Shown: positions 14,205 to 24,036 of the stretch, piece after piece | How the letters are laid out: each line of letters starts with the position of its first letter | Numbering within the stretch: the first letter of the stretch is position 1 | Virus record (IMG/VR): IMGVR_UViG_3300029715_000022 | Span: 1-44,175 of that record | DNA from: a virus | DNA: 44,175 nucleotides | Reading direction: 5' to 3' (one strand) | The notes under the pieces: model-generated | Database searches by the model: none | Seen by the model: the letters and a program-made list of their open reading frames with translations, nothing else | Told to the model about the DNA's origin: nothing | Translations under genes and position numbers: made by a program

Positions 14205-17200
14205 TTAATGCCACGGAGCCTTGTACAGGTCCCGCTCTGCGTAGCCCTCCGCCCGGTATAGCAGGTCTTTCTGCTCCGCCGTCAGCTGCAGGCTGTTGAT
14301 GAGTGCAAGGATCTTCGCCTTTTTCGATCCGCTGATTGATTTCCCGTTCGCGTCCTTGTCCGCGCTCAGTTCGGCCTTTTTCTGCCAGTACTGCATCCAG
14401 ATCTTTGCGCCGATTCCGCCGCTTCTTGCCTCCGTCAGTTTGTCGTAGGTCTCCTCGCTCAGCACGGTGCTCAGCGCCCTGTAGAGGCTGGTGTCCGTCA
14501 GGTTCTGCTTGAGCAGCACGTCCACCTTGTCGTTGGTCGTGAGCTGCCCGTTCTCGCCGGTCCCCTTTGCGCTGGCCAGCTTGTCGCTGACCTTTTTGGC
14601 GTCGGTCGCGCTCAGCCCGGCCTCCGTCAGGTTGGTGTAGCGCTCCGCCTCCTGCGCAAACATCTGGTAATACTTGAGGCCGTTCCGGATCGCCTCCCGC
14701 TTTTTGCCCTTGATGTTGTGCTGGTCGAGCCAGTATGCAAACTCGGAGGCCTGCTGGCTGCTGCTGAGGCTCTCGTCCTCGTACAGCGTCCGGTACTCCT
14801 CGTACACGTCCATCACGTCATCCCAGCTCATCCCGGCGTCCATCATGTTGGCGAAAACCTCATCCTTCGAGGTCGACTTCGCGCCGGTCTCCTTGTCGGC
14901 CACGCCGAACACCTCGGCATAGATGTATGCCTTAACGCTGTCCCGCACGTCAAGCTCCCGGATCGCGGTGCGCTTCTGCCGGTTTTTGTCGTTGGTGGAG
15001 AGATTCTCGTCCCCGTCCGCCTGCATGAGCTTGTTGTAAAACTGCGTCACGCCGTCCCAGCTCACGCCCTCGTCCATCAGGGTCTCGAACATGGCGTCCG
15101 TTGCGTGCTCATACTCGCCGGTCTCCTTGTTCCTCCGGCCGAACTCCTGCCGGAACAGGTAAGCCTTTTGCTCGTCGGTCAGGCCGGAGTTGTTGATGGC
15201 GTCCCGGATATCCCGCTGCGCCTGATCGGACGTCAGGGTGTCGTCTGCGTTGATCTTGATAAACTCATGCAGCAGGTTGTAGGTCTCGATCGGGTCTGCC
15301 CCGTCCTTGGATAACGTCTGCCACGTCTGCGTGTCCTTGGTCGACAGGCTGGAAAGCCCGGAGGCCCAGTAGGCATTTGCCTGCGGCGTCGCGTTTGGCC
15401 CGAAGAGGATGTTTTGCAGCGCCGTCCCAACGTTCCGCTCGACCGGATACTGCAGCCGCTCCTTGTCCCCGAAGCCCTTTGTCCGTCCTCCCTCGACGAT
15501 CGTTTTGATGCCGGAGTACGTCTTGTTGATCTGCCGCCCGCCGGGGATCGCCTGCGTCACAAGCCCGAGCAGTGCCTCTCCGCTCTCCGGAGAGATCAAG
15601 CCGTGCTCTGTGGCTGCGTCCCACAGGTCTTTGCCCTTGCCGAACAGGTCCGGCATCATCAAAGTTCTGTCTCCCACGCCGACCATGCCGGAGAGATTGG
15701 AAAGGAACGGTACCTCATTGCTGATGTTATACAGCGTGTCCTCCACAGCGTTGCCCCAGTCAAAGCCCTCCTGCGGCGTCGGAACGTCGTCGAACAGGTC
15801 TGTTCCGAACATGGCGTTGCTTGCCTTGTTGAGCATGTATCGGATCCAGTCGTTGGTGGTCAGGCCCTCTCCGGATGCAATGAAATTCATGGACATGCCG
15901 ATGATATCGAACGGGGCCGGAGTCCCTCCGTAAAGCTCCTCCGTCACGCGGTTGACCACAAAGGCCGCAAGCACGGTCTTCAGGATCACGCTGCTGAGCA
16001 CGCGCGCTGCCTTGGCCTTTCCGCTCTCCGCCGCGATCTGCCGGAACTGCCGCGGGAGATCCTGCGACACATGTTCCCAGCTGTTGAGCGCCTCGATCTG
16101 GAACATGTTGACCATCTGCATAACAGGCGTTTTGGAGTGGAACATCAGCGGCTTTGCGCCCTTGGTGCGGTCGCCCATGATGGAGCGTGCGTAGGCGTCT
16201 GCCGCCCGCATGGCCTCCTCGTGCGTCTTGCCGTCACGTATCGCGTCGAGGTATGCCGCTCTGGCCGCGATCGTCGACATCATCGTGTCGACGAATTCGG
16301 CCGGCTTAAACATGCCGGACATAAACGAGTCCGCGAAGGTGTTGGAGATATAATCCACGCCCTTTTTGCCCGTGATGAAATCGCTGTCCATCTGGAACTG
16401 CCGCAGCTTGCCGGTTGCAAACTCCGCCGTCGCCTGTGCGATGGAGCGCTTGCTCCGCTCCCCGAGGATCGTCGGCAGCTGCGCGATCTGGTTGACGGCC
16501 GACGAGACGTTGCCCGCAACATTGGCCCTCGCAAACGCCTGCGTGAGCTGTGTGCCGAGCTTCAGGATGCCGCGGCCTCCTCTGTGCTCTGCCCCGCGGT
16601 CTCCGCCGAACTGCTTCCCTGCCAGCACGTCGCCGTAGTTTTTCAGCCATACGGCAAGATCGGAATACCGCGTATTGTTTTTCTCTGCGGCGAACAGCTC
16701 GGCGATATACTGGTCAAGCTGTTTGTTGATCTCCGCTGTTGTCGGCTCTGCGAAATCATCGACCCGCTTCAGCTCGCGCAAAAAGTCCAGTTTCTCGTCG
16801 CGCTGCCCGCTGCGGGAAAGCTCGATCGCCTCCGCCAGCGAATTTTTGAAGTCGTTCTTGCCGCCGAGGCGTGTATAATTTTCCAGCGCGCGGATTTTCT
16901 GGATGTCGTCCGTGTGGAAAAGCACGTCGGACAGGTACGTCACATAGCTCTCAAACCCGTGCACGATGTCGTACTCGGTCTGCGTCCCCTCGCGGCTCTG
17001 GAAGAACGGCGTCCAGCGCTTGTTCGGCCGGAAGTCCTCCGTCCTGCCCGCGATCTCCGCCGGGAGCCTCGTTGCACTGGCGTTAAAGCCCAGCGCCTCG
17101 AACGCCTGGTTGAGCAGGTTGACCTTGTCTGCCGTGCTCAGGTGCGGCGCGTAGTAGTCGATCTTGCCGATCGGCTCGTCACCATGCGACACGAGGAAAT

Positions 17201-20200
17201 CCGCAATGGCGTTGTAGTAGTCGTCAAAGAGCTGCCGGTACTGCTTCACGGCCGCCGCGCATTTCTTCTCGTCGATCTCGCCCTTGACGCCGTCCTTCTG
17301 CGTCAGGAACTGTGCGTACTGCTGCGCCCACTTGCTTTCTGCGGCGTTCAGGTCGAGCTCCGTCGCCACGCGCTGGATCTCCGCCTCTCTGGCCTCCGCG
17401 TCCGGGCTGGCCTTCTGCGCGGTCTCCATCTTGGTCAGCTCCGTCACGGCCTTCTGAATCGCGGCCTTGTTCGGCGACTGGTTGATCCGCTGCACGGTCG
17501 CCTCGATGTCGAGGGCCATGTGGACGTAGGCACTCTCGGCCTTGTTCAGGCCCTTGACCTTGTCGCCCTCGCCCTGGAACTCGCGCACCGCGTCGAGCTG
17601 CCGGTTCATCCAGCGCAGTCTCTCCGCCTCGTTTCTCGTTACCGGGTCGAAGTAGTACCGGTTGATCTCCTCGCCGCGCTTGTCGCCGAACATCTTGAGC
17701 ATCGAGCGCTGCGGCGTCCGGTAGTTGAGTACGAGCAGGGCCTCCTTGTCAAAGCCGCCCGGATCGCTCATCAGCTCCAGCTCGTCCGGCAGCAGCTCCA
17801 TGGCCTTGTAGAGCAGCGCGTCGCGGATCGCGTACTTGCGCTGCAGCCGCAGGTCCTCACCGAGCATGCGCTTGTCGATGTACAGGTTGGCGAGGTCCGT
17901 CACCGTGTCCCACCTTGCCGTGTCTGGGATATCAGCATAGGAGTACCGCCCGGCCGCGATGTCGCGCGCGAAGTTCTTTTCGAGCGCCGTCGCGCCCCAT
18001 CGGCGCTCCGCCTTGGAGATCAGCTTGTCGGTCTGGTATTCCGCCTCGGCCCGCTGCCGCATCTCCTTGGTCGTCCGGTAGTCCGTCACGCCCATGTCGA
18101 TCTTGACGCCGATCTTGTCGAGCGCCGGGGTCGCGCGGAAGCTGTCCTTTGCCACGCCCTCAGCCGCCACGGTCGTCGCCCTTGCCGGGGCCTCTCCGTT
18201 CCGGTATGCTGCTGCGTCCGCGTCCGCTCTGGCCTTCTTGGCTGCGTTCAGGCGGTTCGCCGCCTCCTGCGGGGTGTACATGCCCTGCTTTGCCGCAAAG
18301 TCCGTCTCCACGGCGCGCCAGCCGCCGTTCTTGCGCGGCTCCACGCGCCAGCGCTTCCCGGTCACGGCCTCCAGCAGCTCCACGGCCTGCTTGGGCGACA
18401 GGTCCGTCGTCTGCGAGTAAAACGGCACATCCTTGCCCCATACAAACCCCTGCGGCATGGCGTTCGTTTTCTGCTGCACCCAGTCCCGGAAATAGCTCTC
18501 GCTCAGGACCGGCTCCCCGCGGTCATCCGCATACCCGAGCACGTCCTCCGGCTGCGTCTCCTCCCGGTCGCTTGCCAACTCCTTCCCACGGATGCCGTTC
18601 TCGCGGATGTCCTGCAGATCCTCCTGTACGGAGAATTTCTGCAGCGGCCCAATCACGCTTGTAAATTTTTCTCCGGATATCTTGACACCGTCGGCGTCAT
18701 ATGCTATACTTCCAATATAGCCGTCCTTGTGCGAACCGTCTGGGCTACCGCTTCGGTAGCCCAGCGACCGAAGCACCTGGGCGGCTCTTTTTGCGTCTGT
18801 GTACAGCACGTTGCTGTCCTCCAGCGAGAGTCTGCCCCCATCCTTCGTGTATGCACTGTTTACCTTCTGCATTCCCTCAAACCTGTATCCGCCCTCCGTC
18901 GGAAGCAGGTCCAGCACGACCTGCACGGCTTTCCCGTTCTCGGCTCTGACGTCACCGAACATGACGAGCCGGGTGTTTGCGTTTTCTGTGTCTACCGCTC
19001 GGCTCGCCAGCACGATCGCGGGGTTTTCCAGCACCTGCGGGAGCGCTTCAATGGTCTGCAGGCTCATCTCCTTATGGGTTCGCATGATCTTGGATATCTT
19101 CCACCCGTTCAGGTAGATGTTCCCGTCCTCTGCCCCCAGATTCTGCAAAACGGGGCCTGTCGTTCCTAATATCAGCCGCTCGTTCCCGTTGCGGCCTCCC
19201 CGGTCCCATCTCTCCAGGTCACTCTTGTACTGCTCGTTGATCTCTGCAGAGATACCTCCGCCCCCGCGGAACAGCGTGTTTTCATCCGCGCCCTTCGGCG
19301 CGGTTTTTCTTCGCTCTTCCTGCGCCATGCGGTATCGCTCGGACACGTTGCGCGCCTCGATCTCTCCCGCCGTGTTGAGGTACATCTCGTAATACGCGGA
19401 CTGCGGGTTCTCCATCTTCCGCTGGAGGTCAAGCAGCCGCCGGAACCACTCGTTTTTGTAGAGCTCCTCATACAGCTTGTCCTGCTCCGCCTCGTATTTC
19501 GCGTACCGCTTCCCGGCCTCGCTTTCCGGGTCTGCCGTAAACGTCGCCTCCATCTCGCGGTCAAGCTCGTTGTAGCGGATCACCTTGTTTTGGTCTGCCT
19601 TGTCGAGGCTGGTCAGGATGCGGCTGTAAAGCTCCTGCGCGCGGTCGCTTGCAGTGTCGCCGCTCTCATACTCGCGTGCCGCCCAGTATTCCGGGCTTGC
19701 TCCGCTCTCCCAGCCCTCGATCTGCTGGATCGCGTGCTGGATCTCGTGCAGCATGGTCCCGACTTTTGCGCTGTCTCCCGGCTTGTCCTCGGAGATCGTG
19801 ATGGTGTTGGTGCTCGGGTCATAGCTTCCGTTCTTGCTTCCCGTGTCGCTCTCCAGCCGGACCTTGACATTCCGCAGCTCCGGGTACGCCTCATAGAGCG
19901 AGTCATGCTCCAGTACGTCCGCAAGCGTCGCGTTCCCGCTTTCTACCCGCTCGCGCAGCCTCGCATACTCTCCGCTCCAGATATCATCCAGCTTCTCCAT
20001 GCGCTGCATTTCGCTTTCGCTGATCGTTCCCTCAAACATCTTCTGCAGCAGGTCCTGATATTCCGCATAGTCGGCATGATCCTCCCGGAACTGTGCATCT
20101 CCGCCGCCGCGGTATTCCGCCTCGCTGTTATCGATCTCAAAGCGCCAGCTCTGGCCGTCCATGGTGCGCGTCCATCCGGTCTCCTGCCAGATTTCCTCGC

Positions 20201-23200
20201 TGCTCGCGCCCTCCTGCTCCATCTGCTCGGCGAGCTGCAGCGTCTGTGAGTTCGCCGTTCTGGCCTTCTGCCCGGCAAGCGAAAATCGCCCCTCCGGGCT
20301 TCCCCTCGTCTCCTGCGAGGTCTGCGCCGGTTCGGACGCCCGCTCGCTCTGCTGCACTTCGCTCTGCACAGCCTCCGTGAACTGCGTCGCGCCCGCGCGG
20401 AACCGGTTCATGCCGGCGTAGGCGTCTGCGAGGACCTCCTCGTAAACGTCCTCCATGCTCTGGTAGGCCCCGCTGTAGCTCTGCACATACTCGCGCGCCA
20501 CCTGCTCAAATGCTTCCTCGCCGAACGTCTCCCGGACCTTTTGCAGCGCCTGCTGCACGAGGGCCGGGTCTTTGTTTCCCCGGACGTGGAAGAGCTCATG
20601 CTGCGCCAGCTGCCCGCCGTCATACTGGATGTCCGTCGCGCTGACGACGGCGCGCTTCACCGCCGCGTCATATACGCCGTTGATGCGCATCAGCTGATCT
20701 CCCCGCTGCATGGCCATCGATCCGCGCACAAAGACGACGTCCACGCCGAGCTCCGCCCCAGCCTGCTTTGCCGCCCGCATCCCGTCGTCATACATGCTCT
20801 CCGGGATCACGGCCAGCGTCACGGCATCCGATCCGCCCCGCACGAGTTTCGCAAGGCTGGTGTCGCTCTGCAGGCTGGCGTAACGGTTCAGCCGTTCCGC
20901 TCTTGCTGCGTCTTCGGGCCGTAGATTCGCTCGACGATTTGCCGGACCATTTTCTCCTGCTCCGGCGTAAGCGTTCCGCCGCTCTCCTTCTGCCGCTGCT
21001 GCTCCTGCTGCCATGCCTCCAGTCTGCTCTCCGGTACCCAGACCTGCATCCCGTTGGCTGCCTCCATCAAAAATCTCCGTTCTGCCATTGTCGATTCCTC
21101 CGGTTTCTGCCGCATTCACGGCGGCGTTTGTTTCCGCTTCCGCGCGGATGGTGTTGACGCCCTGCGCAGCCTCCTGCACGGTCTCCTGCTCTGTCTCGGT
21201 CTGCGGCGTCCCCTCTCCGTATCTCGCGTTGAGATACGCCTGCAGGTTCGCCGTCGCGCCCTCGTTGATCATGCTCAGCTCGTTTCGGAGGTTCAGGGCC
21301 GTCATGGCATCCATCGTGCCATCCTGCACGGCCTTGTCAAGATAGCTTTCGGCCGTCCGGGCCATTTTCGCGATCTCTGCATCCATGCGGCCGGTCATCG
21401 CAAAATTCGTCGCGTTCTCCTCGGCGCTGTCCCATGCCTGCCGGATCTGTCGCACATTCTCCTCCAGCGTCTCCTCCGAGAAGGTCTTGGCGTCTACGCC
21501 TTCGATGCTCCCTCTCGCATCCGCGATCACGCGCTCGGCATCCGTCCCCCGGTATGCCTTCCCCTCTCCGGTCTTGGCCCAGTATGCCTCGGCATCCACG
21601 AGATTCCGATACACCGTATTGTACTCGTTCACGGCCTGCGCCCAGCTCTTTTTTGCTGTGCTGCGCTGCACATGATCCCAGCCGTTGGCGAGCATCAGGT
21701 CCTCGTCGCCCGCCAAAAACTCGACGGCGTACTTTTCCATCTGGAGGTTCAGCTCTCCGCGGTCGCTCTGCGCCGCCGCGTCGAACATCGTGATGCGCTT
21801 GGCGTTGCCCTCGTGGTCGTTTTTGGCCAGCACTTCGGCCGTGTCCGGTCCGATGCTCAGGATCATCGCCAGAGCGAAGCCGGAGATAAACTCATCGCGC
21901 AGCTCGTCCCAGCTCAGGTCTGCCTCGCCGGTCAGCGCATAGTCCAGCGCGGCCGAACCGATCGCAGAGGCCACCTCTTCGAGGCCCTCGCCGATGCGAT
22001 CAAAGAACTCGGAGGAAATAATTTTCCGGATCGTTTCGTTTTTGAATAGCTTATAGCAAAACTCCGTCACCTTGCCGGTGTCCCCGGCGTCGATCAGCGG
22101 GTTTCCGCCGAAGAGCATGTTTGTTCCGTATTCCAGCAGACCGCCCGCGGCGAAGCGGATAAACTGCTCGCCTCTCGCGTCCCCGTTGCTCTCTGCCTCA
22201 CCGTAGGAGTTGATCGCCGCGAAGCTGCTCGTCACGATGTTGCTGCCCCGCTTTGCCATCTGCGCAAACTTCTCGGCCTTCGTCGCGGCGCTTGTCACCA
22301 GCGGCGATACCTGCCTGCCGCCCCCGGCAAAGCTTGCCATCGTTCCGGTCGCCGCCCCGGCAATTGTGGCGGAGGCCGCCATTTCCAGCGCGGCCGTCGT
22401 CAGGCCGGAGATCTGCTCCGCCGCCCAGCGTTCAAACTTGCCGCCGTTCTGCAGCAGGTCAGACGTCTCACGCCCGCGCACCCAGTCCTGATATTTGGCC
22501 TCCTGCCATTCCGGATTCCGGTAGTTGATGTTTTCCTCGCCGCCCTCGGCGAAGTAATCGCCCAGATCGTTTTCAAACGCGCCGAAGCCATTGAGCAGGC
22601 TGCCCAGCGCCTTCCCGGCGTAGCCCCCTCCGCGGACGAGCAGCTGCTCCAGTCCGGCCGGGTACTTCTGGAACAGGTTGTCGCGCGCCCTCTCCGAGCC
22701 GCTCGCCACCTGGTCGAGGAAGGAACCCGCCGACATCTCGGGGTAGCTGTTGAGCGCATCCTCCGCACCCTGTTCGTTTGCGCGCAGGCCGTTGGTCTCG
22801 CGCTGCTGGCGGTAGGTCTCCAGCTGGCTGACCACGTCGCTCGTCCCGTAGCCGCTGACGGCCCGTGTCGCCGGAGCGTTTTTGGCGTAGCGGTCGAGCA
22901 CCTGCATGTACCGGTCATACTGCTCCTGCGTCATGGCCACGTTGGCGAGGTACCCAAAGATCGCAGCGTCCGTCGCCGCGCCCTGCGACTGGCTCGTCAC
23001 GTCCGCCTGCGGATCCACATGCTTGCCCGCTGCGTCAAGCAGCTGGTCGACGCTCTTGTACTGGATGTTTTCGCGCGTCGTGCTCTGGTTGTAGCGCAGC
23101 TCATAGCCAAAGGTATTCCGGTCGGTCGGTATGCCACCCGCTGCGGCAAGCATGGCGTTCTGCTGCGCCTTGCCCGCTGCGGTGTAGTTTTCGTCTCCCA

Positions 23201-24026
23201 TCACCGGCCCGCGCAGTGCGTCCGTCCACTTCTGTTCGCGCTGGCCGAAGCTGCGGCCCTTAACCCCGCTTCGGTATGCGTCGTAGGTGTCATATACCTC
23301 GCTCACGAGCTTGTTGTACTCATCTGCGCTCATGCTCTGGCTGTAGGCCAGATAATACAGGCGGCTGGCCACATCGTCCCACTTTTCCTTCGCGGCTGCG
23401 GCGTCCGTTCCGCTTTCCCCGGCAGTCCGCAGCTCCTGCAGCTCCTGCCGGATGGTCTGGCCGTGCTGTTCCGCTGTCTGGTTCAGGCTGTCCGTGAACA
23501 GCTTTTCAAGCGATTCCCCTCGGACTCTCGTCAGCCTCTGGCGGTACGGCCCGGTCTTGTCCATCTGCAGGGCATTCTCCGCCTGCTGCTGCAGCTGGCT
23601 GCCGGTGCGGACCGGCAGCTTCGGCCGGTATCCCTGCTGGATGCCTGCGTCTACGCCCATGCCCTGCCATTCGTTCGCCTTTCGCAGCTCTCCCCACATG
23701 CCGGTCGCAGCCTTGTACAGCGACCCCACATTTCGCACAGCGTACTTTCCCTGCTCTGCGATCTGCTGCACCTTGGATTCTTTGCGCGCCGCGAGCCATT
23801 CGGCCATTGCGTCGCGTCCCTCCTCCTGCCGTACCGGCGTAGAGGACTTTTCCGTTTTTCCCGTCTTTACCCCGGTCAACGCCGTTGTCGTTTTCTTCGC
23901 CTGCTCCAGGATCTGATCTACCTTGATCTGCGCCTGACGCACGGCCCCGTGCTCCGGGGTCGCGCGCTGTGCAGCTTTCTCTGCATTCCGTTTCGCCAGC
24001 CATTCGGCCATTGCGTCCCTCGGCAT
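14205..24026 (-). CDS. Giant multidomain virion-associated protein (3273 aa) with two zincin-type HExxH motifs; polyvalent-protein-like
   Basis: Uninterrupted 9.8-kb ORF with an AAGGAGGAG RBS. HELFH at aa 1143-1147 (nt 20586-20600). HEIQH at aa 1427-1431 (nt 19734-19748). Several hydrophobic segments. Repeated ~70-80-aa helical units in the last ~370 aa. Confidence 0.9.
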   Translation of the reverse strand: MPRDAMAEWLAKRNAEKAAQRATPEHGAVRQAQIKVDQILEQAKKTTTALTGVKTGKTEKSSTPVRQEEGRDAMAEWLAARKESKVQQIAEQGKYAVRNVGSLYKAATGMWGELRKANEWQGMGVDAGIQQGYRPKLPVRTGSQLQQQAENALQMDKTGPYRQRLTRVRGESLEKLFTDSLNQTAEQHGQTIRQELQELRTAGESGTDAAAAKEKWDDVASRLYYLAYSQSMSADEYNKLVSEVYDTYDAYRSGVKGRSFGQREQKWTDALRGPVMGDENYTAAGKAQQNAMLAAAGGIPTDRNTFGYELRYNQSTTRENIQYKSVDQLLDAAGKHVDPQADVTSQSQGAATDAAIFGYLANVAMTQEQYDRYMQVLDRYAKNAPATRAVSGYGTSDVVSQLETYRQQRETNGLRANEQGAEDALNSYPEMSAGSFLDQVASGSERARDNLFQKYPAGLEQLLVRGGGYAGKALGSLLNGFGAFENDLGDYFAEGGEENINYRNPEWQEAKYQDWVRGRETSDLLQNGGKFERWAAEQISGLTTAALEMAASATIAGAATGTMASFAGGGRQVSPLVTSAATKAEKFAQMAKRGSNIVTSSFAAINSYGEAESNGDARGEQFIRFAAGGLLEYGTNMLFGGNPLIDAGDTGKVTEFCYKLFKNETIRKIISSEFFDRIGEGLEEVASAIGSAALDYALTGEADLSWDELRDEFISGFALAMILSIGPDTAEVLAKNDHEGNAKRITMFDAAAQSDRGELNLQMEKYAVEFLAGDEDLMLANGWDHVQRSTAKKSWAQAVNEYNTVYRNLVDAEAYWAKTGEGKAYRGTDAERVIADARGSIEGVDAKTFSEETLEENVRQIRQAWDSAEENATNFAMTGRMDAEIAKMARTAESYLDKAVQDGTMDAMTALNLRNELSMINEGATANLQAYLNARYGEGTPQTETEQETVQEAAQGVNTIRAEAETNAAVNAAETGGIDNGRTEIFDGGSQRDAGLGTGEQTGGMAAGAAAAEGERRNAYAGAGENGPANRRANLRPEDAARAERLNRYASLQSDTSLAKLVRGGSDAVTLAVIPESMYDDGMRAAKQAGAELGVDVVFVRGSMAMQRGDQLMRINGVYDAAVKRAVVSATDIQYDGGQLAQHELFHVRGNKDPALVQQALQKVRETFGEEAFEQVAREYVQSYSGAYQSMEDVYEEVLADAYAGMNRFRAGATQFTEAVQSEVQQSERASEPAQTSQETRGSPEGRFSLAGQKARTANSQTLQLAEQMEQEGASSEEIWQETGWTRTMDGQSWRFEIDNSEAEYRGGGDAQFREDHADYAEYQDLLQKMFEGTISESEMQRMEKLDDIWSGEYARLRERVESGNATLADVLEHDSLYEAYPELRNVKVRLESDTGSKNGSYDPSTNTITISEDKPGDSAKVGTMLHEIQHAIQQIEGWESGASPEYWAAREYESGDTASDRAQELYSRILTSLDKADQNKVIRYNELDREMEATFTADPESEAGKRYAKYEAEQDKLYEELYKNEWFRRLLDLQRKMENPQSAYYEMYLNTAGEIEARNVSERYRMAQEERRKTAPKGADENTLFRGGGGISAEINEQYKSDLERWDRGGRNGNERLILGTTGPVLQNLGAEDGNIYLNGWKISKIMRTHKEMSLQTIEALPQVLENPAIVLASRAVDTENANTRLVMFGDVRAENGKAVQVVLDLLPTEGGYRFEGMQKVNSAYTKDGGRLSLEDSNVLYTDAKRAAQVLRSLGYRSGSPDGSHKDGYIGSIAYDADGVKISGEKFTSVIGPLQKFSVQEDLQDIRENGIRGKELASDREETQPEDVLGYADDRGEPVLSESYFRDWVQQKTNAMPQGFVWGKDVPFYSQTTDLSPKQAVELLEAVTGKRWRVEPRKNGGWRAVETDFAAKQGMYTPQEAANRLNAAKKARADADAAAYRNGEAPARATTVAAEGVAKDSFRATPALDKIGVKIDMGVTDYRTTKEMRQRAEAEYQTDKLISKAERRWGATALEKNFARDIAAGRYSYADIPDTARWDTVTDLANLYIDKRMLGEDLRLQRKYAIRDALLYKAMELLPDELELMSDPGGFDKEALLVLNYRTPQRSMLKMFGDKRGEEINRYYFDPVTRNEAERLRWMNRQLDAVREFQGEGDKVKGLNKAESAYVHMALDIEATVQRINQSPNKAAIQKAVTELTKMETAQKASPDAEAREAEIQRVATELDLNAAESKWAQQYAQFLTQKDGVKGEIDEKKCAAAVKQYRQLFDDYYNAIADFLVSHGDEPIGKIDYYAPHLSTADKVNLLNQAFEALGFNASATRLPAEIAGRTEDFRPNKRWTPFFQSREGTQTEYDIVHGFESYVTYLSDVLFHTDDIQKIRALENYTRLGGKNDFKNSLAEAIELSRSGQRDEKLDFLRELKRVDDFAEPTTAEINKQLDQYIAELFAAEKNNTRYSDLAVWLKNYGDVLAGKQFGGDRGAEHRGGRGILKLGTQLTQAFARANVAGNVSSAVNQIAQLPTILGERSKRSIAQATAEFATGKLRQFQMDSDFITGKKGVDYISNTFADSFMSGMFKPAEFVDTMMSTIAARAAYLDAIRDGKTHEEAMRAADAYARSIMGDRTKGAKPLMFHSKTPVMQMVNMFQIEALNSWEHVSQDLPRQFRQIAAESGKAKAARVLSSVILKTVLAAFVVNRVTEELYGGTPAPFDIIGMSMNFIASGEGLTTNDWIRYMLNKASNAMFGTDLFDDVPTPQEGFDWGNAVEDTLYNISNEVPFLSNLSGMVGVGDRTLMMPDLFGKGKDLWDAATEHGLISPESGEALLGLVTQAIPGGRQINKTYSGIKTIVEGGRTKGFGDKERLQYPVERNVGTALQNILFGPNATPQANAYWASGLSSLSTKDTQTWQTLSKDGADPIETYNLLHEFIKINADDTLTSDQAQRDIRDAINNSGLTDEQKAYLFRQEFGRRNKETGEYEHATDAMFETLMDEGVSWDGVTQFYNKLMQADGDENLSTNDKNRQKRTAIRELDVRDSVKAYIYAEVFGVADKETGAKSTSKDEVFANMMDAGMSWDDVMDVYEEYRTLYEDESLSSSQQASEFAYWLDQHNIKGKKREAIRNGLKYYQMFAQEAERYTNLTEAGLSATDAKKVSDKLASAKGTGENGQLTTNDKVDVLLKQNLTDTSLYRALSTVLSEETYDKLTEARSGGIGAKIWMQYWQKKAELSADKDANGKSISGSKKAKILALINSLQLTAEQKDLLYRAEGYAERDLYKAPWH

Positions 24027-24036
24027 AGGCTCCTCC

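Noticed and set aside
15414-19169. 1251-aa plus-strand ORF antisense to the giant gene
   Set aside because: Its composition is Arg/Leu/His/Val-rich and low in complexity. It has no RBS and lies entirely antisense to a strongly supported minus-strand CDS. This is a typical stop-poor frame of high-GC DNA.
14205-24026. Giant ORF as a virion RNA polymerase (N4 or crAss type) or as a tape-measure protein
   Set aside because: I could not find T7-like polymerase motifs or DFDGD-type double-psi beta-barrel motifs by eye. There are no tube or chaperone genes to support a tape-measure role. Both ideas remain open pending profile searches.
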